Shown: piece by piece, positions 44,134 to 45,410 of the stretch | Layout of the letters: every line of letters begins with the position of its first letter | Position numbering within the stretch: the stretch's first letter is position 1 | Assembly (NCBI GenBank): GCA_022844575.1 | Contig: JALHLL010000001.1 | Span: 5,916-51,325, forward strand | Direction of reading: 5' to 3' | Length of the DNA stretch: 45,410 bases | Origin: a bacterium | GTDB taxonomy: Bacteria; Bacteroidota; Ignavibacteria; Kapaibacteriales; UBA961 | Position numbers and translations under genes: made by a program | Notes under the pieces: model-generated | The model's database searches: none | Seen by the model: the letters and a program-made list of their open reading frames with translations, nothing else | What the model was told of the DNA's origin: nothing

Positions 44134-44167
44134 AAGACCGTCACATATTGTGGCGGTCTTTTTTTAT
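44134..44167 (+). terminator. rho-independent terminator
   Basis: The hairpin is gaccg(t)cac-atatt-gtg(g)cggtc, followed by a run of 7 T. Confidence 0.7.
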
Positions 44168-44198
44168 TTTCAACAGTTTTTAGTTTATAGGTATAAAT

Positions 44199-45185
44199 AT
44201 GAAAATTGCCCTATTCAATACAAAATCATACGAAAAAGATTTTTTTGAGAGAATAATTGGCGAATACTCCCATGAGATTACATACTACGATATTCCTTTA
44301 CGTCCGGAATCAGCCGAATTGGCACGGAACCACGATGCCATTTGCATTTTTGTAAATGATATTGCAGACAAAGAAGTGTTAAAAAAACTCTCCGAACTCG
44401 GCATAAAGATTATTACATTACGATGTGCCGGCTTTAACAATATTGACATATCCATAGCCAAGGAATATGGTCTCCGCATATTCAGAGTACCTTCCTATTC
44501 GCCGCAATCCGTCGCCGAACATGCCATAGCTTTAATAATGACACTTAATAGAAAAACGCATAAAGCATACAATCGTGTAAGGGAAAATAACTTTTCACTG
44601 GAAAAACTAAATGGTTTCACACTTTACGGTAAAACTGTCGGGGTGATAGGAACAGGAAAAATCGGAAGTGCTTTCTGTACGATTATGAAAGGATTCGGAT
44701 GTCATATTCTTGCTTATGATCCTACCGAATCGAAAGAGATGATAAAAATCGGCGTGCAATACACAACCTTCGATTTCCTACTTCAACAATCCGACATTAT
44801 ATCACTCCACTGTCCGCTAATACCCGAAACAAAACATATTATTAGTAAAGAACAGTTTGATATAATGAAAAAAGGTGTTATGCTTATAAACACAAGCAGA
44901 GGAGCACTTGTCAATACAAAGGATGCAATCGGAGCTTTGAAGGTAGGAAGACTCGGCTATTTGGGAATTGATGTCTATGAACAAGAAGAACAAATATTTT
45001 TTCATGATATGTCAGAATCCATTATTCAGGACGATGTAATATCCCGCCTTTTGACATTCCCCAATGTACTGATTACCTCACATCAGGGTTTTTTCACCAA
45101 TGAAGCATTAGAAGAAATAGTTCGTACTACTTTGCAAAACTGTACGGATTTTGAAAATGGAATAGCTAATGATCGTGAGCTATAA
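44199..45185 (+). CDS. ldhA: D-lactate dehydrogenase (D-isomer-specific 2-hydroxyacid dehydrogenase)
   Basis: It is collinear with E. coli LdhA as I remember it. Examples are MKIALFNTKSYEKDF versus MKLAVYSTKQYDKKY, plus LRCAGFNN, VAEHAI..MMTLNR, GKT.GVIGTGKIG, SLHCPL.PE, NTSRGALV and GIDVYE.E...FF.D.S...IQDDV. Confidence 0.9.
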   Translation: MKIALFNTKSYEKDFFERIIGEYSHEITYYDIPLRPESAELARNHDAICIFVNDIADKEVLKKLSELGIKIITLRCAGFNNIDISIAKEYGLRIFRVPSYSPQSVAEHAIALIMTLNRKTHKAYNRVRENNFSLEKLNGFTLYGKTVGVIGTGKIGSAFCTIMKGFGCHILAYDPTESKEMIKIGVQYTTFDFLLQQSDIISLHCPLIPETKHIISKEQFDIMKKGVMLINTSRGALVNTKDAIGALKVGRLGYLGIDVYEQEEQIFFHDMSESIIQDDVISRLLTFPNVLITSHQGFFTNEALEEIVRTTLQNCTDFENGIANDREL

Positions 45186-45213
45186 TAAGTCAAACCATGT
45201 CATCGCAAAATAA

Positions 45214-45238
45214 AAAAGGCGGTAAAACCGCCTTTTTA
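45214..45238 (+). terminator. rho-independent terminator of ldhA
   Basis: The hairpin is aaggcggt-aaa-accgcctt, followed by ttt. Confidence 0.75.
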
Positions 45239-45293
45239 TAATCTTGCACTGCCCCGTCCTAGAATAAGTTGACACATTATAGGAGAAGTAGTA

Positions 45294-45410
45294 ATGTCAA
45301 CAAGGACTAAGGTATCAGTTAAACGTACTCAACGGGACTACAGTTTATCCTTCAAATTATCGGTAATTGATGCGGTAGAAAAAGGAGAGTTGAGTCAAAG
45401 AGAGGCAAAG
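45294..45410 (+). mobile_element. 5' end of an IS3-family transposase orfA (helix-turn-helix part), truncated by the window edge
   Basis: The ATG at 45294 opens MSTRTKVSVKRTQRDYSLSFKLSVIDAVEKGELSQREAK (39 codons, open to the window end). This is the typical N-terminus of IS3/IS911-type OrfA proteins. AGGAG lies 8 nt upstream. A possible TG-initiated terminal repeat lies near 45246. Confidence 0.6.

Overview
This is a 45.4-kb, AT-rich window. It looks like it comes from an FCB-superphylum bacterium (Bacteroidota/Ignavibacteriota-like), which is an inference. The support is seven proteins ending in Por/T9SS-type C-terminal sorting domains, three TonB-dependent receptors (TBDRs) with CarboxypepD_reg-type N-termini, and TAnnTTTG-like -7 boxes. 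No rRNA, tRNA or CRISPR array was seen. Layout, left to right: (1) 1-6.8 kb is housekeeping-like: rhomboid protease (partial), an ArsS-type radical SAM plus peroxidase-like pair, a small tandem-repeat lipoprotein, a YbdK-type carboxylate-amine ligase, an acyl-CoA ligase and an acid-phosphatase-like metallophosphoesterase. (2) 6.8-11.2 kb is a visibly more AT-rich accessory patch. It holds a decayed orphan RHS C-terminal fragment with a small membrane protein downstream, two paralogous secreted proteins of unknown function, a 71-nt relic of a second metallophosphoesterase 3' end, and a type II restriction-modification pair. (3) 11.2-29.5 kb is all on the minus strand: a LytTR two-component system, an orphan NMT1-like binding lipoprotein, a GH9-like T9SS protein, then two tandem cassettes of TBDR plus a T9SS-sorted beta-helix-like protein. 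The second partner gene is an internal duplication/fusion of 1552 aa. The cassettes share promoter, operator-like inverted repeat, 5' leader and a 3'-UTR box plus terminator. This is my best candidate for an undescribed system. (4) 29.8-33.5 kb holds two BNR/Asp-box propeller T9SS proteins. (5) 33.6-44.1 kb is a divergent cluster that reads like phosphorus scavenging: a TBDR-DUF4397-extracellular EEP nuclease operon opposite a 1471-aa choice-of-anchor-I/phytase-like/LamG protein. Four AAATCAY direct repeats with 11-bp phasing lie between them. (6) 44.2-45.4 kb holds ldhA and the start of an IS3-family transposase. All family names come from motif recognition by eye; no database search was possible.
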